Translations under genes and position numbers: made by a program
NCBI GenBank assembly: GCA_001600695.1
Contig: BCKQ01000011.1
Location: 595,070 to 633,787, forward strand
DNA: 38,718 nucleotides
From: Ascoidea asiatica JCM 7603
Taxonomy: Eukaryota; Fungi; Ascomycota
Direction of reading: 5' to 3'
Notes under the pieces: model-generated
Told to the model about the DNA's origin: nothing
The model's input: the letters and a program-made list of their open reading frames with translations, nothing else
Database searches by the model: none
Part shown: positions 1 through 11,967 of the stretch, piece by piece
Numbering within the stretch: the stretch's first letter is position 1
Layout of the letters: each line of letters begins with the position of its first letter

Positions 1-70
1 TCTGTATTGTTTTTTTTATTTTTATTCTTTTAAATTTTATTATTATTATCAAATAAACTTCAAAATATCA

Positions 71-1050
71 ATGAATGGAACTATTACATCATCAACTTCA
101 ACCTTTGATATTCAAGTATGGAAAGAAGTTCCTAAAATAGTCAAATATTATTCCAAAAACTCAAATTTACATTTTTATCTTGATGAGACTTCAATTAATA
201 GCTTATCTCCTTCAATTCAAACTTTATTTCTTAATCTAGTCAATGCAAGCGGCCATAATTTCCCTATCACTTTTGATTTTGTCAAAGCGGAATTATTAAT
301 TTTATATAAAAATAATACCCTTTCACATATGGGAGAAAATCAAATGTTATTAAACTATTTAAACTATATTCTTAGACTAAATCATTTTCATCCCTCTGAA
401 ATTGAAATTATTAAACCTAACAATTACAATTCAATTATTAATTTACCAGTCGATAGTCATATTCAATCAACAAAGTTTATTTTTATTTTACATTCAATTT
501 TATTTCCAACCAAACAAAATCAATTAAATTATCAAAAAGAAATTTCCGGAATTATTTGTGAAATCATCCTAGAACCACATAAATATAACTTACGTAATAA
601 AACATTAATTCAACTTATCATTGCTCATCATCAAAAACTCAATAATCTTGAAACCAGAACAAGGGAACTATAAATTATTACTCAAAAAGGTATCACCTCA
701 TCAAGCTATAATATTGTCAAAAATCAACTTCCCGCAGAAATCAGATCTCTTACCAGCGTACCCGCTTTAGATTATACAAAAATTCAAATAATAAAATTTA
801 CTATAGGAAAGCGAAATCTGAAATTGAAAAAATTGTAATGGATCCACCAAATTACACTCATAGTGTTTTACTCATTGTTCGTGTTGAATCCAATGGACAG
901 GTTCTATCCAAAATTGAATTATGGAACAAAATTAAAGGTACGTATCATAATATTTCCAAACCAATGTTTGAAAAGATATTTCCTAAATTTCATTTGGTAA
1001 TTGACGTTTCATCAGAATCTGATTCTGATAATCTTATTATGCTAAATTAA
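71..1050 (+). pseudogene. Disrupted ~325-codon ORF of an unidentified family, homologous to the cargo ORF at 29177-30104
   Basis: The 200-aa ORF 71-673 continues past the TAA (IITQKGITSS...) and, after a frameshift near 800-835, into ORF 838-1050. The C-terminal block NGQVLSKIELWNKIKGTYHNISKPMFEKIFPK aligns without gaps (9/32 identities) to NGTPMPAFTFNMKKNIYYPKFQKKMFYRIATK of the cargo ORF. Confidence 0.6.
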
Positions 1051-1090
1051 CTTAATTTTCTATTTGGTTCTATTTATTTTTTTATTTACT

Positions 1091-1153
1091 ATTATTTATT
1101 ACTATTTATTACTATTTATTACTATTTATTACTATTTATTACTATTTATTACT
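1091..1153. repeat. 10-bp tandem repeat (ACTATTTATT)n
   Basis: Five exact copies at 1101-1150 plus partial flanking units. Confidence 0.95.
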
Positions 1154-1171
1154 ATATACTACATTGTTTTT

Positions 1172-1330
1172 TATATAAATATGCCCCAAATATCTTCTTT
1201 TTATTTCAACTTTAGTTTTATTTTTTTAGGATCTCCAATTCTTTATTCTTAATAAACATTTAATTTTTTTAAGTCAATATCTGTAGTTGAATTTTTATTA
1301 GTATACAGTGCCGGAACAATACACCCCTCT
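1172..1330 (+). promoter_or_regulatory. LTR-like TATA / polyA module related to the TSD-less element family
   Basis: TATATAAATA (1172), TTATTTCAA (1201), AATAAACA (1251) and CACCCC (1322). The same motifs occur in the same order on the minus strand of 28775-28930, with offsets 79 vs 76 and 71 vs 71 bp. Confidence 0.5.
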
Positions 1331-1649
1331 ACATAACAGCTGCTCGTTGCCAGTACAATAGGGAACGGTTTACTGAAATAAGAAGTAGAAACCTTTAAAA
1401 CCACATTCACCGAACCCGATAATGGTAGCTCCATATACCAATTTAGACTAAAAAAAAAAAGATTTGAAACAAAAAAAGATTTATTATAAAGTTATTACAT
1501 GACTAAAAAATAATTCAAAACTAAAACAAAAAATAATAAAAGTAACAAAAAATAATAAAAATAATACAAAATATTAAAACAGGATTAAACTTTTAATAAT
1601 TAAAACTAAACTTCAAATGAAACATCAGATTCGTAAGCACTATTGTGTG

Positions 1650-3717
1650 ATTCACAATCTTGTTACCCAACATCTTCCTCAAAGTTTGATTTTGATGAAA
1701 TACTAATTTCAACTAATCTTTCAGGTTTTTTAACAGAAACCCTATTTCCGACGTAATTGTAAACCATTCTACCAGAACTACATAACAGCTCACTCGCAAC
1801 ACTACTAAGCTTGAACAGAAAACATGAATCTGTCAATTTTAAATAACTTTAGAAATTTATCTTTATTTTTTGTCCAGAGTATTTATGGACGTTGATACAA
1901 AATTTATCTTTGTTCACGAAAACTGACAGCATCATTAGAAACATCAACGTCATTAAAATTACTAACTTTTTGATTAATGGGCTCCCATCTCAATTTAGTG
2001 TATTTAATCTTGACAGCATGTTAGTGCTTTCAATGAACTCTTGATGTGGCCTTGATCCAATTGACTCTTTTAAATTTTCAAAAAGATAGTTATACATATC
2101 TAGATTATCAGCAGCAAATTATTCCATTAACCCAACCCCAGTTAGCATTTATGCTAATCCAAGCAACTAATTTTCTGGGACCGATTCTCTATTCCCATTT
2201 CTACTCTGTTTGTACATAGTATTGATTGAACTAAGTAAAAAAGGTTTATCAGCAATATAAAATCGCACCTAATTTTTAAAGAGTCTTTTTAAATAAACCA
2301 AAATGCTATTGTATGGATGAGTAGAGATTTTTTCATAAGAGAGACCGATTGTTACATCATAAAATGGTTTCAATAACTCAACCGAGAGTTTTAGTTTTTT
2401 AATAGCAGATTCCTGAAGCTGATAATCATTTGAATTTTGTGCAGCATATTCAATAAAAGCTTCTTCGAAAACGAAGAATCTCTGGAATGATAAATAAATA
2501 GAATTCCATCTTGTTTTGCCAATTGCAACTGTCCTACAGAATTTACTAGTACCGTCATAAATAGAGTGTATTATCTCTTCAAAATTTTTAATTGATTGAG
2601 GACTTTTCAAAATGTTGCTAATTAGATCTTTGACTTTTGGAAGTGGTGAAAAAACTGCAGAAATTGAGCCAATAGGACTTTCAAATTCCAATTCTCCAGC
2701 ATTTAAAATTGAGAAGAAGGAGTTAACTTCCCCACCATCATTTTGAAATTCTGTAATATCATGTTGAAGTAATTTTTTAAACCCATCAGAAACAACCAAA
2801 TTAAAAATATGACTTGGGCATCTAATACCATCTAATCTATAATTAAGCGATCTTAGAGTAGCAGCAATGGAAGAGCTCGAACATTCAGAAGTTAGAAATC
2901 TATTAATTGAACCAAATATTAATGAATTATTAGAAGCATCATCAGCGGTAATACTAATCAATTTTTTTTCTAAACCAAAAGTAACCCTTATGGTCCTGAT
3001 TTCATCTCCAATATTGGCTTCAGAATGTGGACCATGAAATTTTTTTAAAACCAATAATAGGCTTTTTATATTTCAATTTGCTATTTAGGTACTGCATTCT
3101 TACCCCTCAAATTGATATTTTGGAAGGAGAAGTCCGAATATCAGTCGTTAAAGAAATCCCATCAGCATTTGAGATAGTATTTTTAATATTCGAAATATCA
3201 TATTCGTTCAGCCTACCAATAAGGTTTGATAGCTTATAAGAAGATACCTTAAATGGACAACGACAAAAGTCCAAAATATTTTCGAATGGTTCATGATTTG
3301 CGTTGTTCAATGAAAGATTACATTGTGCAAAAAAATTAACGATAACCTTTTCAAATTGCTCTTTGGGATGGAGACGTTCGTTTATTTTTATTTCAGATGT
3401 TTGAGTAATTTCATTTTCTAAAAATGATGATCCATTAGATTCTGAAATGTTAGTTGATGCTGCATCGGCTGTTGTTAATTGAAAAAATGTTTGGTTATTT
3501 TGAATTGTTGTGCACATGTTTATTTTATTTTATGTGAAGCATTTGCTTGCTTTATTGGAGGTTGATAGCCAGCAGAACTGTTTAAAAAATAATTTGTTTG
3601 CCAAGAACCATATTTTAACTTAGAAATTGGAGATGGTTTTTGCTTAGTAACCTGCTTATGAAGCTCTGAGCTTTCAAAAGTTTCTTTGATGAAATGTTTG
3701 GAAGTCTAATGGGCCAT
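1650..3717 (-). pseudogene. hAT-superfamily transposase, decayed
   Basis: ATG at 3717 followed by a degenerate BED finger (MAH*TSKHF...STSN). Catalytic-region motifs ISLTTDIRT, SITADDASN, RCPSHIFNLVV (CxxH) and TRWNS. C-terminal dimerisation-like segment SSVASELLCSSG...NRVS at ~1735-1810. Multiple stops and frameshifts; TIRs not found. Confidence 0.93.
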
Positions 3718-4631
3718 TTTAAATATGTTAGTTAATAATATACACTCTGCTTTTGAGTTTGAAAAAAATTGTAGTTAGTATATTTCTTTAATATATAAGG
3801 AAGACTATTTTATTAAAAACAATCCCAGAAAGAAAATTAGATCATATAGATTTTGCTGCCGGTCACGTGACTTTCTCGTAGAGTCAGTGCAATCCTTTTG
3901 ATATTTGACTAAATCGTTCCTGAGTCTAGTGGCAAGGAGCGGAATCTGGGTGGGGGAATGTATAGTTGGAGCTCCTGTTATGCGCTTTTTTTGTGCTTTT
4001 TTTTGCTTGATAAATGCAAGCTTTTTGCTTTTTATTTATTGCTTAGGATATGGCGTACTGGCGAACCCTTTGTACTTAGCGAGTGATTGGTAGCGTTCGA
4101 AGTCGTTCTTCGGAATTTTAATGTTAGTCATGTGAAAAGTTAGGTCGGTGGGTTAGGAATTTCAACAATTTAAGATTTGGGTTAGGACATAACCTAACTT
4201 TTAAACATTCCCTTTTGTAAATTGTGAATCGATTTTTAACCAATTTAGGTAATAAAAGTATTTTTAGGAAATTGGTAATTAAAGTAATAATGATTGACAG
4301 TAATTATAATAAAATAAAAGTGCTTACATAAATACAATTAACGTATGTATGCATGACTATTTATACTAGTGATATTATTTTACTATATTCTAAATTAATA
4401 ATTAAATAATTATATTTTAAATTAAGAAATAATTATTTAACATAAGATTGTAGTAGTAATTAGCAGGATAATGGGAGGCGCTGTAGTGTAATCTACTTTA
4501 AGAAAAAGATTAATTAACATTCGAATGATTATAATTGAATAGATTTACTAAGTCTGGAATAAAGTGTTGATAACTGACTCTTAGTAATCTGAACTGGCAA
4601 TAAAATATTATGACCAATATTAGATAATTTA

Positions 4632-5714
4632 TCACCAACTCTTAGTTTGATTTTTTTTTAATAAACGTAGAGGAAATGTAGGTTTAAGAAACACACTATT
4701 TGAATTTTTTAAAATATAGACCGTCTTAAACTTTTGATGAATGGTGTAAGGTCCTGGATATGAAGGAAATTTTTTATAATTTTTACGCTTAAGACGAATC
4801 GAGTTAATAACCAGGACTGGATCATTTAAATTTAATCTCCTATCACCAGAACTAGTTGAATTAATTTTGTTAAAGTATGAATCCATTGTTTGCCTGGAAA
4901 CTGTTAATCAAGATTGCGCTTGAGCAGTTCATAAATTATTCAGCTTAAATTGATTAATTCTGCAAAAAAGAGCTACTTCTTAAGAAAATGTTTCTGAAAA
5001 CTCAATATCAAATAAATCATAGGAAGCTCTACGGATGTAAAAGCAATACTACCATATTCCAGATAACGTGGACAAGATCCAGTTGCTTTCTTGATAGTCC
5101 ATCTATCTGCTAAAACTGCATAAGGTAAGTTATGGGTCCACTCAGCATTCGATTTTTGTAAGAGAGAAACAATGGCTTTATTATATGCCTCAATTTGACC
5201 ATTTTCATGGGGATACTATGCTGAAGTAATCGAGTGTTTAGCTTCATATTTTGTACCTAATTCCTTGATAATTACATTAGTGAATTCACCACCACCACCA
5301 GCATGAATTAATTGATGAAACCATCCAGTTCGAGCAATAAACTCCTTGAATAGAAAATTAGCAATTGATTTGGATGAAAGGAAATAAGAGGTACAACGTC
5401 AGGCTAGTTGGAGAATAATTCTCTTTCAAAAACAGGATAACGATAATTTTGCTTTATTCTAGGCATATAAACTCTATCAATTTCATTCACCTTATTAATA
5501 CTTGAAGGAACACAAGAGAAATAGGTGGTATTTACGGAGGTATTTTATTACAGAATTGACAGTTAGAACAAGTTTCAGTGTGATATGTGGTAAAATCATG
5601 TAGCCGCGGAACAAAATATTTCATCACTAACGTGGAGTCTAATTTATTATTACCTGTATGGCCAAATGGATCATGATATTGGAGCAGCAAATGGAATAAA
5701 TACAGAATAGACAA
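4632..5714 (-). pseudogene. Gypsy integrase (HHCC, core, GPY/F)
   Basis: YHDPFGH...CSNCQ zinc-binding motif; IHAGGGGEF and YPHENGQIE core remnants at ~5190-5310; GPYTI in ORF 4632-4886. Confidence 0.92.
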
Positions 5715-6053
5715 ACCGAAATATTTTGGATAACCTTGACTATTTTCAGAAAAGTATCTGTGTGGAGGAAAAAGGATGTAGAAATTGATTTAAAAACTTT
5801 CAACTGATTATTTCAAAGTTTAATGGGTATGTTATGATCCAATATAGATTGAATAATATATGAATAGAACAAATTTTTGAAGCATAAAGTAAAAGGTGGG
5901 AGGGAGAAATATTTTTCACGGAAATAACTATAAGCTGAATGTTAGGAGTCCTGGTTTGGTAGATCAGGATTGTAATTGGATATTGATGTAAATCATACTA
6001 CTGGAATTGAAGAAATATTAGATAAATCTTTTTCATAACCAATGCGACTAAAC

Positions 6054-6450
6054 CTAATCACCAATGTTAATTTTACCATCAACATGTAATAAAGACTCAT
6101 CAAACTCAATAATGTAGGATACCCAAGAACTCATGGCAGAAACAAGAGCATCATTCATATCTGCAGTGATAGCCTGAACAACAGGGTTATCATCTGAAAG
6201 AATGTAAAAGGGGTACCAGATAAATATAAGTTTAAACTTTTTCAATGAGATATAGATAGCATAAAATTTTTTTGCAAAAATTGAGTAATTTGTTTGGGAA
6301 TGAGTAAAAACACCAGAATCGTATCTAACCAAGAATTGGGATGCAGAAAGTATGTCAATTGCTTTTGTATAAGGTTTGTGTTGACTGGAATCAATGTTAT
6401 ACAAAGGACGGATTCAAACTAATGCTAATGCATGAGTGCTAAGGACAGTA
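6054..6450 (-). pseudogene. Gypsy RNase H
   Basis: RYDSGVFTHSQTNYSIFAKKFYAI...FYILSDD...WVSYIIEFD...HVDGKIN matches the Ty3-type RNase H pattern. Confidence 0.88.
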
Positions 6451-6559
6451 GTTTTAGAGGAATCTAATTGTTCCATTCCAGGAGCAGCTTCAGTTTGAGC
6501 CTATAAAAGGAGAAATATGGATGTAGGATCAGAGGTTCATGACTTTGGATGATTGATAG

Positions 6560-8250
6560 ATTTATAAAGACTTGAAGCAGTTGAAGCAGAATTATCAACA
6601 CATCCATAGTAGAATTTCAGCAATCCTAATATAGACCTTACTTGTGTAGTGGTATTTGGCATTTTAATTTGATTTAGTTGTGAGACTGTTTTATATAATG
6701 GATAGCATTGGCCATTTTTAATTTGAAATCCTGGGACAACACCTTGGGATTTTGCTCACTGTAATTTTTCAAGGCTAATCTTAATTCCATTTATTTTAAA
6801 AATATTAAGGAGTGAAATAATGACATTCAAACGGTATTTTACAGTAGCTCTACAACCTTGCTAGTCAACTGGGGAATTTGAACGAAAAAAGGGTCTGGAC
6901 TTAACTCCTAGATAACCCATAAAACGACCAACATCCTGCATTAAAGGAGAAATAAGTTCAAGTAAAAATCGGTTAAAACTTGAGGGAGAATTTATCAATC
7001 CCTGAGGAACCACTGTGTATTCTAGTTTTCCAAGTAGAAACCAAAAGGCAGTGGCTACAGATAAGCTTGATGTATTTGAAATTTGATTAAATGCTTCAGA
7101 AATATCAATAACAGAAAAGAATGAGATTGTGTAAGACTCACAATAACCCTACTCACCCAATACGATAATCAATATTACCTACTGTGTTACAAGTTAATCA
7201 TTAGCAGCTCAAAATGCTTACTATTAAAAAACAAAAGTACAACCAACGAAGTGTAACAAAAAAAAGGGGGTGATCCAAAAGTTAGATTTGTTATTTTAAT
7301 CTTACTATTTAATATATTGATATATCATATCTTTTATTTTTTATTAAATTTAATTGCAAAAATTGCTTAAAAAGTACTTGAAGTTTGCTTCAAGATTGAT
7401 TAATATTTCCATAATCCTTTTCTAATTTGACAATAATAAAAAAAAGAAATGTAAGAGTATTTATATAGATTTTGATTGAATATATTTGAGAAAATAATTG
7501 TTGCAATTGTAGTAAAAGTAGTTAAAAAGATAATTGTTGACATTGTAAAATTATAAGATGTAAAAATATAAAATAATTGTTGAAATGGTAAGACTTAAAA
7601 TTGTTGGATTTTGAGGGTGAAAATGTCGCTGATACCACTAATTTAGGGCACATTCTAATTATGAATGTACTTGTGAGAAACTTAATTGTTGGATTTGGAG
7701 GCTGAAAAGTTGTCCAAAAAGGCAAAATTGTTGATTTGGGACAGTTATGAAGTAACCACAACATATGAATTTGAAAAAAAAAGTTTACTCGGACGAGAAC
7801 CATAAAGATGGCAATGATTTAATATAAAAAATTAAAGCATAGGCTAGGACGGAATAGATGGAAATTGAAACCATCGATGGATAAATGACAAATGGAAGGA
7901 ACTGATTTCAATTGATTTTGAATTGGTTCCTTACACCGGTAAGCTGTTCAGGCAATGTTTCATCTGTGAGTTGAATTCGAGCCTTTGTTGTACATTTCTA
8001 TTAAGATGACGAAGATCTTCCCGCAATCTCATTTGGTTCTTCTCTTTCTTTGGTATGACAAAACCACGATTATTGAAGGTGGATTTTGAAACAGCAAGCT
8101 GCTTGTTATTTAACAATTTACGAAGTAGGTGAATAACTTGTGTTTCATACTTTTATTCATCGGATATTGTTTAATTGCCAGATTTCATTGGATAAAAAGT
8201 TAGAATTCATTTTTTCATTGGTTTCTAATATTCCAGGTGTGTCATTATCA
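6560..8250 (-). pseudogene. Gypsy reverse transcriptase, interrupted by the 806-bp insertion 7130-7935
   Basis: FVIPKK...MRLREDLRHLN before the insertion; SFFSVIDISEAFNQI and YTVVPQGLINSP after it. The catalytic motif reads FMGY, inferred to be a decayed FMDD. Confidence 0.9.
7130..7935 (-). mobile_element. 806-bp LTR-like TG...CA element without TSD (short form, no cargo gene)
   Basis: Termini TGTAAG...CTTACA (6-bp inverted); flanks GATTG / CCGGT; colinear homology with both arms of 28640-30544. Removing it restores the RT reading frame exactly. Confidence 0.85.
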
Positions 8251-8679
8251 TATTTATATGCATGTTTTAGAGTTTGGTTAATCAAGCTAGAAACTAAAAA
8301 AAATGTAATTTCATTATGACTGAGAATTCAGTTACAGATATATTCACGAATAACAGCTAATTCCTGGTAAATAAAATGTTTTCGGAAACAGTGTCAGTGA
8401 ATGTTGCAGGAACTGTAGCAGTGTCAATAGCTGTTGGATTCACCAGGGTTGAAATTTGGTTTCCGATGTCCTGATATTCTTCAACTGCAGGGTGTGACGC
8501 AAAATTCTTTAGAAACCGAGCTTACTGAGACTGCATTAGGCTTCCTTGAAAAGAAATGGTATATTGATCTAAATAAATTAGCTAGCACTAAGGTCTTGGA
8601 CATAAACTTCTGCATGACAATCCTCAATATTGTAAAGTTTTAGATTGAGGAAAGGCAAATTCTTTATTTGGAAGACAAA

Positions 8680-8920
8680 ATGCTTGACCCAAAATAGTGA
8701 TTGATCGTCTATTATAAACATAGAAAGCTGTTGCCAACTTTTCTCCTTTACATCGAGATTACAGCACGGCCTATTTCTGTAAAAGTTGTAAATTTGTTAT
8801 TGAACCCTCTGGCAATTTTTACTGTAGGTTGGGTCTCAAGCCTGAGGTCATCAACAAAGTGGCTTGGTAAAATATTGACATCAAAACCAGTGTCTTTTAA
8901 AGTATTTAATTTTTTCTTTA
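8680..8920 (-). pseudogene. Gypsy aspartic protease
   Basis: LKDTGFDVNIL (DTG motif) and, after a frameshift, TILGQAF. Confidence 0.85.
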
Positions 8921-11547
8921 AGAAACAAAGGCATGTGGATACCTGCCCCGGAGTACCAAAAATGATTTACTAGTGGGTCATCATGATTTTCGAAAGGACA
9001 CTCCGGAGAAGCAAATTTTGGAATAGTTCTGGATTCAGATTCAATTTCATCAGCAACCTCTGCATGGGAGATATGTTAAATTTAATTATTTTGCAGAACG
9101 TCCCACTTATATATTTCTATGAGACTTGACAATAGCAATAAATTTAGCTAATAGTTTTTTATTCAACCCCAAAATTTGATTGAGAAAAATATTTCCAATT
9201 AAAGAAGCTAAAATTGTTTCATTTAAATCATCAAAATCATCACACATTCGTTCAGTGTCACAATATTTTCTGAAAACAGGTTTAGCTACTAGACACTGAT
9301 TAGGAAGATGTAATGGTAGTTCTATTTGAATATCAGATTTTCTTCATTCATACACAGCGGACCCACCGGTCTCAAAAACAGGTGAATCTGGGGGTGGATT
9401 AAAGCATAAATCACTATTCCCAGACACTTCATGAATAAGAATTTTAAGTGAAGGGTTATTAAAAAATCGGTTAAGAATGTTTTCCTTATTAATCTTCTGC
9501 TTGCTGTTACCAGGTTTGGAGGAACTGCTTTTAGACAATGTGTAGGCATCAGTTAGGATACCATCAATTAAGAAATCAATATTCTGAATAATTATAGGAG
9601 AGACTTTAGTAGATTCCGCTTAACTTCAGCTGTCACAATAAGTAATTTTGTTATCAGTGGAAGTAGAGAATTCAGATAAATGTTTTTGAAATTCAATTGA
9701 TGAACTCCAAGGTTTCGATGAAAAGTTAGCATATTTTACCCCACCATTTGATTGAAGAAGTTTTACTTTACCATTGTCTAGTCAAAATAGCTTTAGAAAT
9801 GTGATGTTCAAGTGCACATAGATAGTGCATGCTCTTCTAAACAGAAAAATACATGGGAAAGTTTTACGGTTGATATTTTTAACTACGGATGTTTTAAAGT
9901 TATTATTTGAGAATTTAGAGGACTTACTAGACATTTTCGCTTGTTCTTAAGGATTGTCTAGTTTTACTAATAAACCAGATTTAATTGTGGAATTAATTGG
10001 TAGACCATTCATCATTCCAGGTAATTCAGAAATTTCGGACTTGACATTAGTCATGTTTTAGAATCATTTGAGTAAATGTATGATTTTTTTGGAGTTGAAG
10101 CGGAAGAAGAAGAATGACACTCTATAGCTAAAAGCTTCGCAAAACTTTGTTTCAAAGTTTTAGGGTGGTTATTGAATTGGTATGATCGAGGGGCTTGCCT
10201 TTAATAGACAGAAAGGTATCAGAGCTTGCTAGTTTGGGCGAGTCAGCATTTACTATATCAGTTCAATCAGACGAGTCTGAATTTTCTTCTCACTCAGCAA
10301 GAAATTGGAGAAAAATTGAAGAAATTGAATTAAACTTCTTTTGCTTGTAACGACGAATATCAATGTTGTGTCTTTCAACTCTGTCAAAAGTTTCTGGAAA
10401 CTTGGAGACAATAAAATTGTCAAGCCCACCATAAGGAAAAGCCTTTTTTTTAAGATCATCTTTGTAAGCTTTAATGGTAAACAGTAAAATTAAGAGTCGT
10501 TAGCTAGGAGAAGCCGAGTGTGAATAGCTATCAAACTGCCCTGGACCTGAGGTAATAACTTGGGTTTGGCCCTTGATTCCGGTTGATTAATTTCAATAGC
10601 CTTTTCCTATTGGGACCCGTGTTGTTTACCAAAATAATCATACCAATAAATAAACTATGTTAGCGTGTGTTGAACATCTTCTGGAAATTGGTTTTCAAGA
10701 TGATCAATTACCATAGCGTCAGTGGCAGCCAATTCAGATGCATCATTTTTAAATTGCACTTAATACTTTTAATAAGACGGATAATTTGTTGGTGATGGGG
10801 ACGAAGATATAATATTAAGTAAAGTAATTGAAGTAGAAGATCAGTTGTGTACTAAAGGTAACTGATTTAGTAAGAATATTTACAATGGATATTATCAATA
10901 ATGGTTAATTGTAGTCATTTGATTGAAGAAAATAACATTTAACCTGAGGTCTTTCTGTAAAATTTTGTAAGTTTTTTTCTTCTCTCTTTTTTTCATACAA
11001 CTGTAGAAAAGAGGAAATGTCAAGATATAAATAAGAGGATTTGATTTGAATGCTGAAAACTAATTACTTTAACATTGGATATAAAGTATTGAGCAATGTT
11101 TAATATAGCTTCCCACTGTAGAAAGTACAAAGGTTGTATGCTGAAGTAGCAATATCAGAATATAAAGTATAATGAATAATAATGCGTACGCGTTAGTAGC
11201 TATAACAGAAGAAAGTTTGAAGTTGTAGCACCAAATTGTTTGCTATAGTAGCAATAGAAAATTCTAATTCGGGATTATAGCAATTAATGACTAATTTGTG
11301 GACCAATGGATTATTTGTAGAAGTTTTAAGAGGAATACGGAAATTTTGTCACAGGGAACGGAAAGGACTTTTAACCTACGGTTATGCGCACCGGGACACG
11401 GGTCACCAAGGGAAGAGTTTGGACCACTCACCAGTTAACAGTATAATAACGTAGTATTTGGCTATTACTATCAGTATAATAGAAAACAGCTTTAAATATA
11501 AATGAGAAGCGAAAAAAGAATATATTATTTGAATAACTGTCTTTCAT

Positions 11548-11752
11548 TATAAAGATTAAAGAAGTCCTTGATCTCTTTTCCTGGAGGAGGAGAGAAGAAA
11601 GGTATTTTCGTGTATTTATATATCAAGAATCAAGGGAGAGTTTTGGACTCAAACTTGGGAAAAGAAAATAAGATGTACCGCTCTAAGAGGGTAATGTCTT
11701 ACATTGTGTGACACAATGAGTGACATGCCTCTTAAAACCTAATATCTTATCA
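11548..11752 (-). repeat. LTR (3' copy)
   Basis: Roughly 85% identical by eye to 17876-18085; begins TGATAAGA on the minus strand; contains a TATA-like TATATAAATA. Confidence 0.88.
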
Positions 11753-11967
11753 TGGCCTGGCAATCTTGAAAGAAATTAATAAAAGATTGGTTAAAAAGAA
11801 AATAAATATAAACCCAGGTAAGTTAAGATTAAGAATAGAACGAAAAGGAAAGATATATTTTTAAAAGAAAGGCTAAGGTCAGAAAAGTCTACGGTAGCAA
11901 AGACGTAAATATTTGAGTGTTAAACTAAATTGGGTGAGGTAGAATGAAAATAAAAAATAATATTGTT

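Larger units (their letters stand above)
4632..10900 (-). mobile_element. Ty3/Gypsy LTR retrotransposon internal region (gag-PR-RT-RH-IN), decayed
   Basis: Domain order PR-RT-RH-IN on the minus strand. Gag zinc-knuckle-like CIF/CLEEHALSMC (frameshifted) at ~9810-9855; other domains listed separately. LTRs not identified with confidence. Confidence 0.93.

Noticed and set aside
1091-1153. CRISPR-like array, and ORF 1064-1252
   Set aside because: Spacer-less 10-bp tandem repeat; the ORF is a by-product of the repeat.
1329-1800. Shared 13-mer CTACATAACAGCT at ~1329 and ~1788
   Set aside because: Similarity does not extend and the translations are unrelated; probably chance.
3860-3872. GTCACGTGAC as CDEI of a point centromere
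   Set aside because: No long AT-rich CDEII or CDEIII follows; a generic E-box upstream of the hAT gene.
4216-4519. 3' LTR of the Gypsy element (TGTAAA...TTAACA)
   Set aside because: No adjacent PPT, no TSD and no matching repeat upstream of gag.
7130-7935. Insertion as a spliceosomal intron (GTAAGG near the minus-strand start, frame preserved)
   Set aside because: No AG acceptor at the matching end, and a homologous copy sits at an unrelated locus.
7130-7935. Helitron identity for the TSD-less family
   Set aside because: No TC...CTRR termini and not inserted between A and T.
11424-11547. Gypsy PBS (TGGTGAGTGG) and 5' LTR
   Set aside because: I cannot match it to a specific tRNA; there is no clean LTR boundary and no 3' counterpart.
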